Positions 63,693 to 64,000 of a stretch of 64,000 bases of DNA are shown one piece after another (the first letter of the stretch is position 1; the number at the start of each line of letters is the position of its first letter). The stretch lies in the sequence record NC_041911.1. One strand, 5' to 3'. Under the pieces are notes generated by a model. That model was not told where the DNA came from. It made no database searches and worked only from the letters and a program-made list of their open reading frames with translations. The position numbers and the translations under genes are program-made.

Positions 63693-64000
63693 GGTGTTCT
63701 CCTTTACGGTGTGGTGAATACTAATAACTTAGTCTCGTAGTAAAAATTGCATGTCTCGTAAGTTATTGATTATAATAGAGATAGTGGGTCGACTCCTTAA
63801 CGATGGCTTGGTTTCTGTGAAAATTACAGAACACTTTAATCTCATGCGAGTGCGTAATATCGCTCGTGGGGTTGGTGCGAAATGCACGCCAGAGGCGTGG
63901 GCTTTATTAAGCTTATATACAAGAGGGGTCATCCTTCTTATAGACACTGGCAGGAGTCAGTGCTCCTTAGCTATTCACTACTGACGGAGGAAGACATGGG

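Noticed and set aside
1-64000. Integrase, transposase, prophage att sites, rRNA genes, major capsid protein, chimallin or PhuZ
   Set aside because: No supporting motifs recognised in this window; the nucleus-forming assignment rests on other phiKZ-type genes and remains an inference.

Overview
This window is an internal 64-kb segment of a lytic phiKZ-like (nucleus-forming, Chimalliviridae-type) jumbo phage. The assignment rests on a split virion-type RNA polymerase beta' fragment, a split family-B DNA polymerase subunit, a long array of paralogous head proteins with A/S-x-E protease sites, and phiKZ-type TATATTAC promoter motifs. The moderately high GC resembles Ralstonia/Burkholderia jumbo phages, but the host is only inferred. 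About 1-25.5 kb is an accessory/early region, mostly on the minus strand. It holds two periplasmic solute-binding proteins with a PspA-like protein, a holin-like gene, a giant Ala/Pro/Glu low-complexity protein, an AAA ATPase, an RNA ligase, an NAMPT-like + PRS-like pair (probable NARP1 NAD+ reconstitution pathway), RtcB, ThyA, Tmk, small membrane proteins and a structured non-coding region. About 25.6-53.2 kb is the conserved virion morphogenesis block. About 53.3-62 kb carries the DNA polymerase, dNMP kinase, nuclease, two ORF-free structured regions, tail-assembly-like genes and the RNAP subunit. The most unusual element is at 62.4-63.7 kb: a tRNA-shaped RNA with intact D and T arms, a 102-nt structured domain in place of the anticodon loop and a remodelled acceptor stem. 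It lies directly upstream of a third, compact RNA ligase gene and downstream of a mini P-loop gene. All protein family calls come from motif recognition by eye; no database searches or folding programs were run. Several start codons were moved from the ORF track to the likelier ATG/GTG.
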